The notes below the pieces were generated by a model that ran no database searches, was not told where the DNA came from, and saw nothing but the letters and a program-made list of their open reading frames with translations. This document shows positions 34,851 through 49,301 of a DNA stretch of 64,000 nt, piece after piece. Numbering within the stretch: the first letter of the stretch is position 1; every line of letters begins with the position of its first letter. This stretch comes from Bugula neritina (Eukaryota; Animalia; Bryozoa), in NCBI GenBank assembly GCA_964035545.1, contig OZ037769.1, positions 9,074,129-9,138,128 of the forward strand, given 5' to 3'. A program made the translations under genes and the position numbers.

Positions 34851-37800
34851 TTATGTTAAGTTTTGTACGTTGGAATGAGCCCTAATCAACACTCTAACAC
34901 TTGAGGTAACAAGTATTAAAGCCTTATGCAAAGTAAATCCAGTGGAGAAAACAACTACGCTAAGGATAGCACTGAGATGGCATAATCTCGAGACAGAGTG
35001 ACTGGTTATGTGATTAGACTCCTTGTTAGCTTCATGCTGTCTACTACTCAGCCCATTCCAACCTTTGGCTGTAGAGTGTCTCTGCTTCTCTGCCTCCACA
35101 TTAATGATCACCAGATTCTCTTTCCAGTAGTAGTATGGCTCCAGGGGCAGACCTGTGAAGAATCAGTTCTCTCACAAACAAGGTAATAATGGTTACATTT
35201 TACAAGAACAGAGTTATATTTAAAATTCTAAGATTTGGAACACTGTCATTCCTCCACAGCTATGAGTTTTAGCTATTGATTAATATATTAATATATTGAA
35301 TTACTGATTTACAATTGTACTTGAAATATATTATGAGTATGTATTCATAATAGTCTCACTTGACCATCATCGGGTGACACTCACACAGGTGAAAGCAAAA
35401 TAACATTACCCTTTAGTAAATTACAATGTTTCAACATAATTATTTGCAAGTCTCACATAATAATTAACATGATCTACAACACACTATAAGCTGGTAGCAT
35501 GACATTAACCAGATTGACAAAACAAGTAATAAAGTGGAAAATCGTATTCTATGAATACAGTACATAAGCAACCATAAAGGTTTTCAAATAATTTAAAATA
35601 ATTATTCATATTTTGATATGTTGATTTCTAAAAATTATATCGCAACCATTTAATATTAGTGCATATTTTATATAGTTTAAAACATTTTTAAGCACAGGAA
35701 AGTATTGTTATTTCATCAAATGCATTAAACTCTAATTTTACTACAATATTTCTGAGTTTTACAGAAAAACCCACTCCAATCTTTGAGAGTTTTCAATGAG
35801 CATCACAATTGTTATGTAATGTTTACATAACTGGCCGCCAATAATAAACTTGGGAACTTGAATAATAAACTTGGCATATATGTACTTATACTGAGACTGC
35901 TTGCAGTTAGGAGGCCAAAGTCTCAACTTACCCATGGCTAGCTTCCAGTTAGTGCTCTCATTGGCTGGTGTGTCCCCATAGTTTACATAAGGCCAGTAGT
36001 CTCCCAAGCTTTTCAATACAGCTATAGACAATGGGAAACTTTCTCTTCTTGTGCTGTATGAAATGTTGTGTGTTGTTAAACACTCCTTCTCACACTCTTA
36101 AAATATGAAAAGAAAAATAATTTATTAACAAATAAAAGAGTCGCGTTGAAATATACCCAACATTACAATAGTTAAAGACCACTACGATAGTAAGACCAGC
36201 ATGAGTATTTAAATATCATGGACTTTTTATATCCGAAATGTTTGATCATCTTTTTAAAAAGCAAAACTATTCAACACTTATGCACATGAAACATACAACA
36301 CTACAATAGCTATACCATATGGTAATTAATAGGTATACTATATATGTAAAAATGTGCGAGTGTGTGTGAGTGTGTGTGTGGTTTTTTTTGTATTTTAAAT
36401 ATTCAGTGCTGGAACTCAATAGTAGATCTATTTCTTTCTTTTAGCATATAACTGTATACACTAAAAGTTATTTTAGTGAAAATATTTGTGGGTTCAAAGT
36501 AAGTAAGTTAATTTGGTGACGGAGCTTTACACTGCTATAATCGTAAAGTGTCTCTCACTATATGGCAGTGGTTCCCAACCTGGGGGGATTTCGCCCCTAG
36601 GGGGAAATTTGGACATTTTAGGGGGGGGAATTTGAATTTTGAAAAACTCACGCAATTCGTTGACGGTTTTTGAGCTCTTGCAAGTTACATGTATATGCAA
36701 TTATACATATCTATAAATCTTCATCTTAGTTCATCTATTTAACTAAACCATATTCTGCAATCTCAGTTTACTTCTACATGAATGCGTGTTTATTAATTAC
36801 TCTACCCTCAAAGAGAAAAAAACTGCCTTAACCTACAGAGTGGCTTAAAATGGGCCTGGTCAAACACAGAGCCAGGCTTAAAGGATTGCTCTATCTTAGT
36901 TTATTACAATCACATTATAATTATGAACTATAATCCAATGTGTATGCAAACAATTGTGACTTTGCAAAGGGATATATGCCTAGAAAACAGCTTTTCAAAA
37001 TTCCAATTTTGAGGGAGGTAAAATTTTCAGCCATGAAAAAGAATAGCCTAATACGTGACGTGTGAACGCCAGTAACTATGCTGCACGTGCTAACTATAAC
37101 GCTAGTATTCAAGGTTGCTGAGCGCAACATCAACCAATAACGCTCAAGCAGTTACAGTGCGCTATATAGGTCAGCTTTGGTGTGCCCGTAATATTGCACA
37201 ATCTGACCTAGTTTAGATCGATCGCAGGCATTCATCCTAAAGAATGCATGTTTTTGCAATGCTTTTTTCTATGTTTACAAGCAAAATATGGCCTAATGTT
37301 ATCACATACATGTTATTTAACATGTCAAAAAACTATAGATTGAGATAATTCACATTTGCACTTTTATAAATATACAAATTGCGAGCTGAAAGATCACATC
37401 TCACAGTCATATTTCTATAGTTATTCATTTGTATAGTCACGTGACCAGCAGGAATGCTGGCGCTGTTACGTCACATTTCCCAGCTCATTTCAAAATCGGC
37501 GTTTTGGCTGTTACCAATCTACACCCTCAACTTCAACTAACTTTTTCTACCTTTGGTCAAATGCTTTTTGTCAATGCATGCTTAGAAAAACACAATATTA
37601 TGTGTGTTTGACCTAAATGGCCGTTTATTAGACAAGATAGAGCAATCCTTTAAGCAAGCTGGCACAAAAGTCTCAAATAAAGCCATAACAACTGCTCTGT
37701 GTTTTATAAAATAAAAATAACGATAATATTACTATTATGATAATTATATTATATGCAAATATAAGAGAACAAAATATACATATTACATTGTATCATAATT

Positions 37801-40800
37801 ATATTCTCATTGGTAAGTCATAAAATATTTTTGATCTTTGAAAGGGGGGGGGGAATTAATAGTCAACATTTATGAAAGGGGGGAATAGTATGAAAAAGGT
37901 TGGGAACCACTGCTATATGGTGTCTAATGCTGTACTTGAATCACAATGTATCAAAATGTTCAACAAAAGAATTAAAGAGCTGTCTTTGCATCTTCACCTA
38001 CCTTCACCGTGTCTCAGCTTTACAGGGTCCAGGCAGCGTCTGATAGCCTTGGGTTCACAAATAGGAGTTGGGTCACTGCTCAGCCAATCATAATAGTGAA
38101 CACAGTTGCAAATGCTGACTTGCTTTCTCTTGATACACTCTTGATGACAGGAAGTGTTGACATCAGTAACGGAGACAGCACTATTATAACATTTAACAAT
38201 TTTGTGAACTTGCACATCACTTTGTCTAATACTTTGTAAATAGATATTGGTTTCACTTAATTAGTTGTGTAAAGCTGTTATAATGGGCAGATAACACCCA
38301 TACTAGTTACTTTATGCTACACCACTATTCATTAGTTGTTCGACCAAACACATGCTATAGAGCTGATTATATATACCTAAATTGTACTCAAACTACGCCT
38401 TGCATCATGTAGATTCAAACTAGTTCACATTCACAGCATATGTATGCATATAATAGGATTCTGCTCACAATCTCAGTGAGAAACTTTAGTCTGGAAATAC
38501 AAGATAATTAATTAATCAGTCAATTTGCTGAGTATGTAAGTCCAGAGGTATAAAAACTCTCTGCCAATGATTGATCAATTTGTAGATTGGTCATTTTAGA
38601 CAAGAACGTTTTGCATTATAATTTAGCTAATACATGGTTTAGTACATAAAGATATAAGAATTTTTTTAAAATATAATTTGTATTCTGTACATATATGTCT
38701 ACAATATCCTGCGATGGTATATTGTGTACTATAGGCCTACTCTCTCTTTATAATAATTTACAGCTACCTACTTAATACCAAGAGTAAACAAATCACTTAC
38801 TCCTGCTGCTTTGAAAAGTAAATGTTGTTCTTCCCTAAGCCAGCTTGGTGAACCATATCTCTGTTGATAACTCCAAGTCCATCTCTTTTTGGATCTATTG
38901 TCACCTAATCACAGTATTTAAGTTATTATCAGCAGCACTCTAGATCAGTAGCATTATATATATCAGCCATTTCCTGGGCCTGGTATTATATATCAGGTCA
39001 GGAGAATGGTTCAAGATTTAAGCTGCAAATATTTGTAGTACATCTAAGATCTGCAATATCTTCATGCTTTGCATTCACTGCAAAGTCACATAGGTTTACT
39101 GAACTGAAAGATGCATTTTCTCATATCCACATTAGCTTCATGACTGCAGTGAGAGTGGCTATACCTGACTGTAAATAGCTGAGAGAGGAAAGCTACAGCA
39201 CTGCATATAATTAATACTAGACTTGTGTTGTTTGTTTTTAGTTCTCTGTTGGTACTTTGTGTTTTTAATATATTTTTATATGTTCACTCCACGCTAAAAG
39301 AAGCATTGTACACTCTGTGGCTACCTGGCATAGTGCCAAGAGCACTATTTATCAATAATAATTTGCCTGTGCCTGGAACACCATGCCAATACAAATACTG
39401 GAGTACAAATATCAAAGTCAAATTAACTGCCAGCTCAGCACTCATTTTCACAAAAATAGGGAAAGAATGTTTAGAAATATGTGAAAAATTACTAACACCT
39501 TAACTATTAACTGACGACTTATCTAATTCCAAGTGATTAATCTATTAATTTCTAATCATTCTATTCCACACAATATCTGCACTGTAGCCTTTCTTATTCA
39601 CAGACATTGTGATTAGCTTTATAGTTACAACTTTTTGGTAAATTCATACAGGAAACTAAATGAGTAGAAACTTATGCTTATAACTTATGAGTAGACAAAA
39701 TTAAGTAGACATTGCATTAGTGGCACATCAATTCCTTAGTACAGCACAAAAGAAATAAACATAATGCTATCATAACAAGTATCATGTATTCTATACAAGC
39801 AGCATGTCTATTTATGCTTAAGATACTCACAGTGAAGCCTGCCACTGCAGACGTCTCCTCCAGATAAAGATATTCTTCTTGCTGTGCAGTCAGCCACAGT
39901 TCTAGCTTTTCCGCCTTTCTTCGGGACGGGGCAGTTGTCTTATTAGCAGGTTTGTTGTCAGGAGAAACACACTTGCCTAGGAAATGTAATTACACCATGC
40001 ATTGTGAATATATTTTGTGGTACACATGTGTACCTCAACTGCATATATGCTACTACATCATACTTGAATATTTTAATAACCAATGATATTCGAACTGCAA
40101 AATTTAATTTGATATGTATTCAGAGTGTAGAAGCATGTGCTTAATTTTCAGTGTTGTAGATAAACACTTTATATTACAGACCATGCAACACTAAAGTGGT
40201 AGTTGCATCCTGAACCAGATTGTCACATGCTATGACCGAGAAGGTATAGTAGCAACTGAAAATATTTGCTGCATATTACAATATTATTATTGTGTATTAT
40301 TATCAGGATCACTTGTGTAATACATTTGCCATAACATTTCAATAACATACATTATAAACAGATTATAGTAGGCCTCATTACATTAAAGCATTTTATGAAA
40401 TACAAAGCTATACAATCAACAGTATTATATAATTTGTCAAGTTAGCATGCATGCAGCTTAATGAAATTAAATGTTGTTTTTCCCAGATATAGTTTAATAA
40501 CATACAGAGAAGCACTACAAAGGGATAGTCAGCTCTAAATCTATTTATTGAGATGTTTTCTAAAAAAACAAGATTAAGTCAGGTCATTGCTACTTTTATT
40601 AGACCAATAACATTTTAAGCACAGTATGTTTTGTATGTTCAGCATGTCTTGCTGAAAACCGGCTTCTCAACCAGCATACTGGAGTTTGCCGAGTTGTATG
40701 TGCGACCAAATAAGCATATCCCTTCACATGTAAAATGGCATTCCTCCATCCCTATTACACATCATGGAAAATTTCCAAGCAAACAACATTTTTGTGCTAA

Positions 40801-43215
40801 AAACACAGTCATCTGAGCTTGTCTATCATCATTTTGCACAACCAATTTTAACCACTGCATTATTTGCAGAAATTTGTACCAATGTGGACAGATTTAAATT
40901 GAAACCTTTTTTTTGTTGGATCTATTTTTGTCTGTATGATTTAGGAGTAGTGTTCAATTATATAGCGTAGTTAACATAGCTAATTAATATTGGAAGTTTA
41001 ATAAAATAATATAAGCTTACCAATGTTTTCCTCAAGCACTTTTCTTTGATCTTCCCAAGCATTAAAAATATAGCATAACCCATGATTGGTGAGTGTAGGA
41101 GTGAAGTCTTGCACGCTGCATGGCTCACTCCCAAATGTACACTAAAACACGCAACTGGAGTAAATGAACTCACACTCTCTGTATACCAACATATGGAATC
41201 ATTATAAAGCTCTCAGGCAGATGTGATTGCAGCCTATACAGCATGTTCATTATAAAACAGTAAACTAGCTGTTAAAGGCTGCAATTACCCTCAAGGTTAT
41301 TTAATCAGTTTGAAAATTTTCATAGACTGTCACCTCTGCACATAGCCTACTAAGACCATGCAGAAGAAGAGAGTGGTTTCTTTGGTAACAATTCATACCT
41401 TGACTAGCATAGATTTAAGCCGGTGTTGTGACATAACATAGAAACAGTACCATCCCCAACTATCTATTTCTCCTGCACTTTGAAGCTCTTCCTTTGCCAT
41501 TCTCTCATAACTTTCTATTAACATGGTTTTATATGTTGTAAGATAGATTGAATCCATAATCAGTTCTATATAAAAGTCTCAAAAGAGATTTTACAAAGGC
41601 CATTCACCTTTTAAATTTTTCAGAAAGTTCAATAATATTATTTTCTTTATTCTAATACATCACACACTAAAAATATTTGAAATTTAAACAGATTTAAAGT
41701 TAAATCTTAACCTTCATTGTACAGGCTATCAATAACTAGCTCCATGATCTCATTTGTTGCTGTTTTCATTAGGAAGTTGTTAGAGCAAATGGTCACAGAA
41801 GGAAACTCTGTAGGAGGAGACACCAGAGGGAGTGGCGGGTTCCAAGATATCTCAGTGGACGAGTCATCTGATTGGTTGATTAAGTTTAACCAGTAAGGTG
41901 GCAGTTCATTGGCTGCATGGCTCATATACCTTGCCTAGAAGAGGTTTGCTTCATAATAACGTACACAATATAACAGTCACCACTCGTTACATTTAGCTAC
42001 TATAAATTATGTATAGAAATATATATACGATAAAAAACATGTATTATTATTCATTTACAAATTTTACATGATGTTAATAATATTTTGCTATACGCTATAG
42101 GCTACAGTCATCATATACCCAATCACCCTACTCTATGCGTGTAGCTTTACGTAAAGTCGTGGCTATTACTTCTCATTCAAACTCTGAAAATGAATACAGT
42201 AGTATTTGAAATATCAGTTTGCATGCTTGTTATGTAAAAAAGGTAATAATAAATCGTCTCTCTATATTTATGTATTTCTATGGAAGTTACTAGCCTACAA
42301 TAAAATATATTCCAATTATGAGTAATATAACAATTAGATATTGTAATTGAGATGTATTTCATTAGCAGCATGTTGTTAGTATATGCTGCATTATTCTTTA
42401 TATAATCAAGATTAAAACCATTCCTTTTAATTTAACATCCGTATGGATTCTTCTATCAATGAGACAAGCTTGCTAACTTATTCTGACATTGGTGAAATAA
42501 ATCATGAAATTGCTTTGAGAAATAATTTACGACTGTCACTGTTAACCATGCTTATCTTTATAATAGCCTAATTTTAATCTAGACATTAATTTATGTTAGA
42601 AAGTGGTACCTGCACTAGAAGTAGTAGCAAAAGAGCAATCAGATAGGTTACTGTATGTAAAATGCATGCAGTCTTTCTCCTTTCTCTATTCACAACTCTG
42701 ATTTTATCAATTTCCTCCAAAATTGCTTCAGTTTTTGTGTTTATTAAAAACTTCTGCAGGGTGGGCAGTCCCCCACTCTCACTGCTACTACTAGCTCCTA
42801 AAATGACACACACACTACACTAAAAAAATGAACATGAATTGAGCTGTTCACCTGCATATTATTTCCCAGCAAAGCATATGCAAAGCAAGTTTCCAGTACT
42901 ACAGTTTATTTATTGGAAATAGGTTAAGGTGATAATTTCACATGACATTAAATCATGGTGGTAGAGTGAATGAGATGTGACTTTACAGTGTTAAATAAAG
43001 AGTAACTACTCAAACTATACAGAGTAGGCTAATTGCTCTCACAATCTATAATCAACTGCACAAAACATACCAGAACCTTCATAAGGCTTCAGCTGTGGAA
43101 AGTCTCCATCATATTCTTCAACTAATTTTTTATTTAAATGCTTTGATAGTGAATTTGCATTAAGATCTTTATCAATGATGATCACAGTTCTACATTGAGG
43201 GTGATGTGAATCCAT
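34851..43215 (-). CDS. Divergent DEG/ENaC (ASIC/FaNaC-like) channel subunit, about 10 coding exons
   Basis: TM1 (YLIALLLLLLVQ), EFPSVTICSNN, CTFGSEPCSVQDFTPTLTNHGLCYIFN, Cys-rich thumb CHQECIKRKQVSICNC..C...C..CEKEC, ENLVIINV, TM2-like LSAILSVVVFSTGFT; GCCATGG start with an upstream in-frame stop. Confidence 0.85.
36566..37912. mobile_element. Non-autonomous hAT-type DNA transposon in an intron
   Basis: Perfect 16-bp TIR CAGTGGTTCCCAACCT; 8-bp TSD CTATATGG at 36558-36565 and 37913-37920. Confidence 0.95.
36882..37649. mobile_element. TTAA-targeting MITE (Kolobok-like AGG..CCT ends) nested in the hAT element
   Basis: TIR AGGATTGCTCTATCTT; TTAA TSD on both sides. Confidence 0.88.
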
Positions 43216-44389
43216 GGCTCCTCACCAGTGTTCTGTTTTGGGGCCCTAAATGGGCTTCATCATTGTATTACCTCAAGGGGTTTTTTGCCCCTCTTTAAGC
43301 CTGGGGGATAAAAGCAACTTGACATTTAGAGGAATACTGTTGGTCTTATATTCAATGAGATTATGAGTAGAACAGCAACGTATAAACAAAATATAATCTG
43401 CCACATTGTTATTATGTTAGATGCGAGGTTGTCTGCCAGTGTTTCATATATGCAGGCCTACTATATAACAACTCTTCAGAGTAAATATTTAGAAATGACT
43501 AGTCTATTGCAGTAAGTGATTGCTATATTGATGTATAAGCACATATGTATGCAGCAATTTCTTAATTTGAATTTTTCATACAAGGAGCTATAATAATCTA
43601 CAGGAAACACGCCATCTACAAAAACACACCCTAATACAAACTAGCGCTGCTGAGCACAAACACTAAATTCGTTTATTTATCTACACCACATTTTGCAGTT
43701 TGAGTCTAATTCTATATATGCATGTGTCTATTAATCACTCTACCATAACTGCTACTTGTGCTACTGCAAGGAATAAAGCTGAGAAGTTTTAATTGAAAGC
43801 AACAACCAACAGGAACTTTTAGTAGCCATGCAAGCTAATTTCTATGAACTATATGGTGCATACCTGGTGAATATACCTGCTGCACTAATGAATTTAAACT
43901 TGAAAATGCTTTTAATAGTAATACCAATGCTTCCAGGGTTAAACTGAAATTTTGACCAACATGTGTATATATCAAATAATATGGTACCTTTCCCCACACT
44001 CAATGGATTATTAAAAAGAGCCTGCTCTAGTTATCTCCCAACAAATTTTCCAGCTTCTCTCTTGATAGAGTTTGAATTGCACCCCCTTAAGCTACCTTAA
44101 AGCGAGAAAAAAAATTCAACTTGACCTGCGACCCATTTCAATGCTTTGTTGAACAGATTTCAGATAAGTTCAGGAGGATTTCACTAGGGTGGTTAATCAT
44201 TCTGCAATTTGGAGAATTCTAGGTTTTCACAAACAAACTGTACCCGCACATAGCTAACGAGGCACTAAACATGTCGGTGCCATCTAGCATCACCTACCTA
44301 TGTGAGGTGGGGTTTTATTCAATAAACTTACACAAGTTTATAGTTGTCATTCCTGATGAAAAGGGTTTTTTTGTTAAATTGAGCTAAGG

Positions 44390-44527
44390 ACTTATTTAGA
44401 TGGGGCACAGGAGCAATTATGACTGGATGCTCTTTCTAGCATCACCAATGGCCTTTGTCGGGGTTTGAACCCATGACTTCGTGCTTACTGGGCAAACGCT
44501 CTAACCCCCTAGACCACAGCTGCTTCC
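44390..44527 (-). mobile_element. tRNA-derived SINE
   Basis: Minus strand A-box TGGTCTAGGGG and B-box GGTTCAAACC followed by a non-tRNA body. Confidence 0.7.
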
Positions 44528-44904
44528 ATGCAGTGGGGTACTATTCAATGCTAACCATTAAAAACAAAAACTGCCTTGACCTGCAGAGTGATTTAATATG
44601 TGCCCTGTCAAAATCATAACCAGGCTTTCGCAAGCTGGCACAAAAATGTCAGCTGCAGCCATTGCATTAATAATTAATTGAACTGCTCGGTGTTTTATAC
44701 ATGCCTAATGTAAATATGTAATTATTACTTTCATCATATTATTATCAAATATAGGTTATAGAACAAATTAATAAACTTCATTAAAATAAATTAATAAGAA
44801 GTATTTTTTGTTTACTTAAGTATTTATGTAAATAAATAAAGTAAACTTACGTTCAGAAGATCACTGTAGCCTGGAAATTAAAGGAGTAGTAGATAGTGAA
44901 AAAT

Positions 44905-44985
44905 AATTGCCTCCACCGGGATTCGAACCACAGACCTCCAGCTTGCAAGCAGGCTCGCTAACCAGTCACATGACAGGGGCTGCTG
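44905..44985 (-). repeat. tRNA-like fragment (SINE head or tRNA pseudogene)
   Basis: GTGGTTCGAATCCCGGTGGAGGCA T-arm/B-box on the minus strand; no clean acceptor stem. Confidence 0.5.
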
Positions 44986-47419
44986 GGAAAACTCAACACT
45001 ACAGTGCCAACTAAAGCCTAATTTATGTAATTCAAGATTTTGATGTTCACTGCTAAGTTAGATTTCGTTACCTGTGGTAGCGCACACCTTTCATGTTGGG
45101 ATTTTTTTCCTTGCCAGCTGATTTTGATCTCAGAATGGCAGGAGCTGGATCTCTATATATATACTAATCGAACTTTTTCAAGTAAACCCAATTGTCTCAT
45201 AAAGTAGGTCAACAAGCTTAATAAGATCTACAGCTGAGGTTGTCGCAATTAAGGACTGACAAAACATTAAGTCTTTGCCAGGCGAATACCTATCATACAC
45301 CAATAATAGAAAAATATTAGCTTTATATGTGGAGAAATTAAGTTGCATCAGAAAAATTAGATTCAATAACTTTAGCAATTACACATTCAATATTGCTGCA
45401 TCGTGTAAATGTATCTATTGGAGAACAAAGGGAGAGCTCAAAAAGCTGTGAAACGTTAAAAAAATGGTTGGAAATCAGTGGTCTAAACTTTAGCTGCCTA
45501 GTATGTATGAAACATTAGCTTTGTTTTGTAGTACCCAAAGATTTAAAGTTAATAGATCACGCTGATAGTACCTTGTCATTTGTCACAGATCGTTGTAGCT
45601 GAGTATCTTTGATGAAGAGTTACAGCCTCCTTGCAATATGGCTTCTAAAAAACAGAACGATCAACGCTGCGATCAAAAGTATTTAAATTTACGCGCCATT
45701 TATTTTTAATGTATACCAACGAGCATAGTACAATATCGCGCGAGTTGTTATACGAGGGGGCGGGATACAGAATAATGTTATCAATATTAAATTATGCAAT
45801 GCAAATATACGGTTGCGCATTCATGATTAGTAAGGTTTGCAAAGGTGGTCTGTATACGCTGCAGGTATGATCTATGCTCTATAGATTTAGTGATTTATAA
45901 CAATAAAATACAGTAGAACAGTTTACATTATTAGAATTAACAGTTAACCACTGGGTTGGAAGGTAAACTGAAACTCGGCTGTAATCTAGTACTAGTAGTA
46001 GTAGTGGTACAAACCCTAGCAGTAGCTCAAGCTGTAGTACTAGTTACTCCTACTCATACTCATACTGATACTATAACTATGACTATCAGTATCAGTATGC
46101 AGTATCACTATCAGTGATAGTGGTAGTGATACTGCCTAGTGGTACTGTCACTGGTTTACCGTTTAGCATTTATTGTTTAAGTTTACCTGTTAGTGTCAGT
46201 GTGTGAACCTAAGGCTAAGGATTGGAGTTGAGTTTGAGTTCAAATCTTTTTCTAGACTGGAGAGTTTTGGCAAGGCTGTCGTTTACTACTACTAGTACTA
46301 CTAGTAGTAATAGTACTAGTATCACGACCCTAATTGCTCATCATTATGATCATGATGTTCATTATAATTATAATCGCTGGTATGATTATAATGATAATCG
46401 TAATGATGCCGTGATGGTGTTTGCATTCATGATTGACTTTGATATTTAAAACTTTATTCAATTTTTTAAAAAAAGCTCATGTCTTCAATTGCAAGCATAT
46501 TATTATAATTATACCAAATTTATAGTTATAATATTAAATTTGATTGCTGTTGTGTTGATAGTTTCAATATGATTAATAAGTAAATGATAATATTTATATT
46601 ATTGAATTTAATATACTTATAGTTAATAATAGATAATCCTGTAGAGACAGTGAAACTAAATATGATAGTATTAGTTTATATCATTATACTTATTATCATG
46701 GTTATTTATTGAATTATTTTTATTATTAATGCATTTATGATTAAATTACTTGGATGAATTTATAGATTAAAATGCTGTCTCACTCTCTAAGTCAGATAGT
46801 CATAAAGTATTAAAACATAAAAAAGCCAAAAATATGTAAATATTGTAGTAGTTTTCGGTAACTAGTTCTGAATTGTTTTCTCCTTTTTTTCGTTTTATAA
46901 TAATACTTTCTTATGTCGAGTACTTTCATGTGAGTAGATCATCGGCCGAAGTTTGGCATTTTCGGAGTTCCGGAAGCGCGATCGGCTCGAACATTGGTCA
47001 TTTCGGGCACCGGAACTCTGAGGTTCGGCCAACGATCGGACCAGCTTTTAGAAGGGAATTTTTGCTAATATATAATATATAAGGGGGTGAGCGCAGAGTT
47101 GTTTTTCATCTACTACCAGAGCTCGCCCAGGACACATCTAGAAGAATAATAAAAACGTTATCATTTCATGCTTGAACAACTCTTGTTGTTTACTAGTAAT
47201 ATGCTATGCTCATTGCTTAGTCTATTTCACAACCACGCAAAATACTACAGTATATCACATGGCATGATAGTTGTGTGTTTGGGTAAAAACAACAAAAGTA
47301 AAACACAACAGTCACAATAATAATGTAATGTCACTCCACCATTGAGCATATTAATGAGTTACAGATATAAGATAATATCTGAGCTGTTAAAAGTCAAAGG
47401 ATTGGTTGAATAAACACAA

Positions 47420-48870
47420 ATATCAACACCTTCTCTTATTTCTAGTAACAATGGACAGCGAATTCGGATATTTAAGAGCTGATCACTTTTATAGAACTTA
47501 CATAGGGCCTAATTCTGGTCAATAAATGTAGGGTATATCAATCAGCTAAACAAAGTTTTATCCATCATAAAGTCCCGGTTGAAGTTGTTTGCTCTATGTA
47601 GCCGTTATAAGTAGCATCCGTGCTGTGGTGATAATATCCGGATGGTTGTTTAGTGACATCTTCTTGGTGTAGTGTGTCATGATACTTTGAGCAGCTCATT
47701 CTCATTGGGTATAGGGTGTTACTTGTACCTGGCTAAGGTTTTGATTGACTGTCAGCACCATGTTGTTGAATCTGTTTTAGATACAAGTCTACTCGACTGC
47801 GCCTAAAAATTTTACCAATAGAGTCACTTAATATAGAATATAATCTGCCTTGATGTAATTTCAGGTGGTGCCATCTTATCTTTATGTTGGGTGTTTTTTA
47901 GATAAGTGCATATGATCCAATTGGGAGTGGTCTCAGATATTTAGCAGATTTATTGCAGTTAGTTTGTGTGATCAAATTTTTGGCCAATTTCTTTGAAAGT
48001 TTTTTTATGTTTGCCATTTCTTGTAGGCAATGCAGACCTGGTAGACTTCCAATATTTTTGCAGAGCTAGTGGCCATCCCTGCAGTTAGAGTTTTTCTAAA
48101 TTTCAGTAAAGCTAGGAACTTCTCTTCATCTTTGCTGCTGCTTCAGCGTTGCTCTTTGACTGAGCATGTTCTGGAAAGATTTTAGTCATCAACTTCACAC
48201 TTACAGAAAGTTAATTTTGGGTTTTGGTAATCAAACTATATTCCTATTTTACTCCCAGTGGTTGTCAGTTCATCATGGTGCAATGGTGTTTCTTTTAATT
48301 AGCTGGGGGTAAATAAATTGCTCATGACACACATTGGTGGTTATGTAATGGGATACCATTCTATTTGATTAACTGAGGTCCTTTATAAACTACTTTGTCC
48401 AAAGTTGTATGTTGTCTCAAGAATGACAAAATGATTTGTGATTGTCCAGTACTTTTAATGGTTTTGATTACCAACTTTTCGTGATTATGCACTGAACTGC
48501 TTGCAGTTTTTAGATCAGCAGTAGTTGCTTCTTAATGTCTTAGCTAGTCTGATTGGCGATTGCGATTTCCTGTTTGTGGATTGTTTATGTAGAAGTCAGG
48601 AAATATTTGGAATTACATTTAGATTTTATTTTTCAGTGCATAGTTGAGATAGCATGCATGTCTCCTGTAATCTCCTGAATTCTACGTTTGTACTCAATCT
48701 CTGCTGGATATTTTTTGCTGATCTAGAAACATAAACTGCAGCCTTTTTGGGCTTTCAGTAATGATTTGTTAGGTATAGTTATAGGTGATTCAAAGTCTGT
48801 GTGAATCAATTTGTTGAGATCTCGAGTTTCCAACACATATTAGCAAAAGCAATGACTAGTAACTTAATTT
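47420..48870 (-). mobile_element. Highly degenerate non-LTR retrotransposon remnant
   Basis: Strand-biased composition and residual RT-like peptide SILSDSIGKIF near 47810-47840; many stops. Confidence 0.35.
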
Positions 48871-48881
48871 TATTGGCATGT

Positions 48882-49301
48882 GGGTCATTTTACTTAATTT
48901 AGTATACACTGGAAATCTCCAGCTTTTAGCCATTTTTTACAATATAGCTGCTAATGAACATGGGTTTTTGCCCAAAACTAGTTAAATGTCAATCAACACC
49001 CATAAATAATCAAGGTTCTTTTTAATTTTGATTGATTTTCCATGTTTTTTCCTAACTTTTCAGCTACTTTTGATGGCAGACCATACGAAAAACCCATAAT
49101 GGTCTGCAATCAAAATTAGCTGAAAAGTTAGGAAAAAACATGGAAAATCAATCAAAATTAAAAAGAACCTTGATTATTTATGGGTGTTGATTGACATTTA
49201 ACTAGTTTTGGGCAAAAACCCTTGTTCATTAGCAGCTATATTGCAAAAAATAGCTAAAAACTGGATATTTCCAGTGTGTACTAAATTAAGTAAAATGACC
49301 C
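48882..49301. repeat. Foldback inverted repeat: two ~203-bp arms, 14-nt loop
   Basis: 48882-49084 is the reverse complement of 49099-49301 with few mismatches. Confidence 0.95.

Noticed and set aside
44905-44985. Functional tRNA gene
   Set aside because: Only the T-arm/B-box is convincing; no complete cloverleaf.
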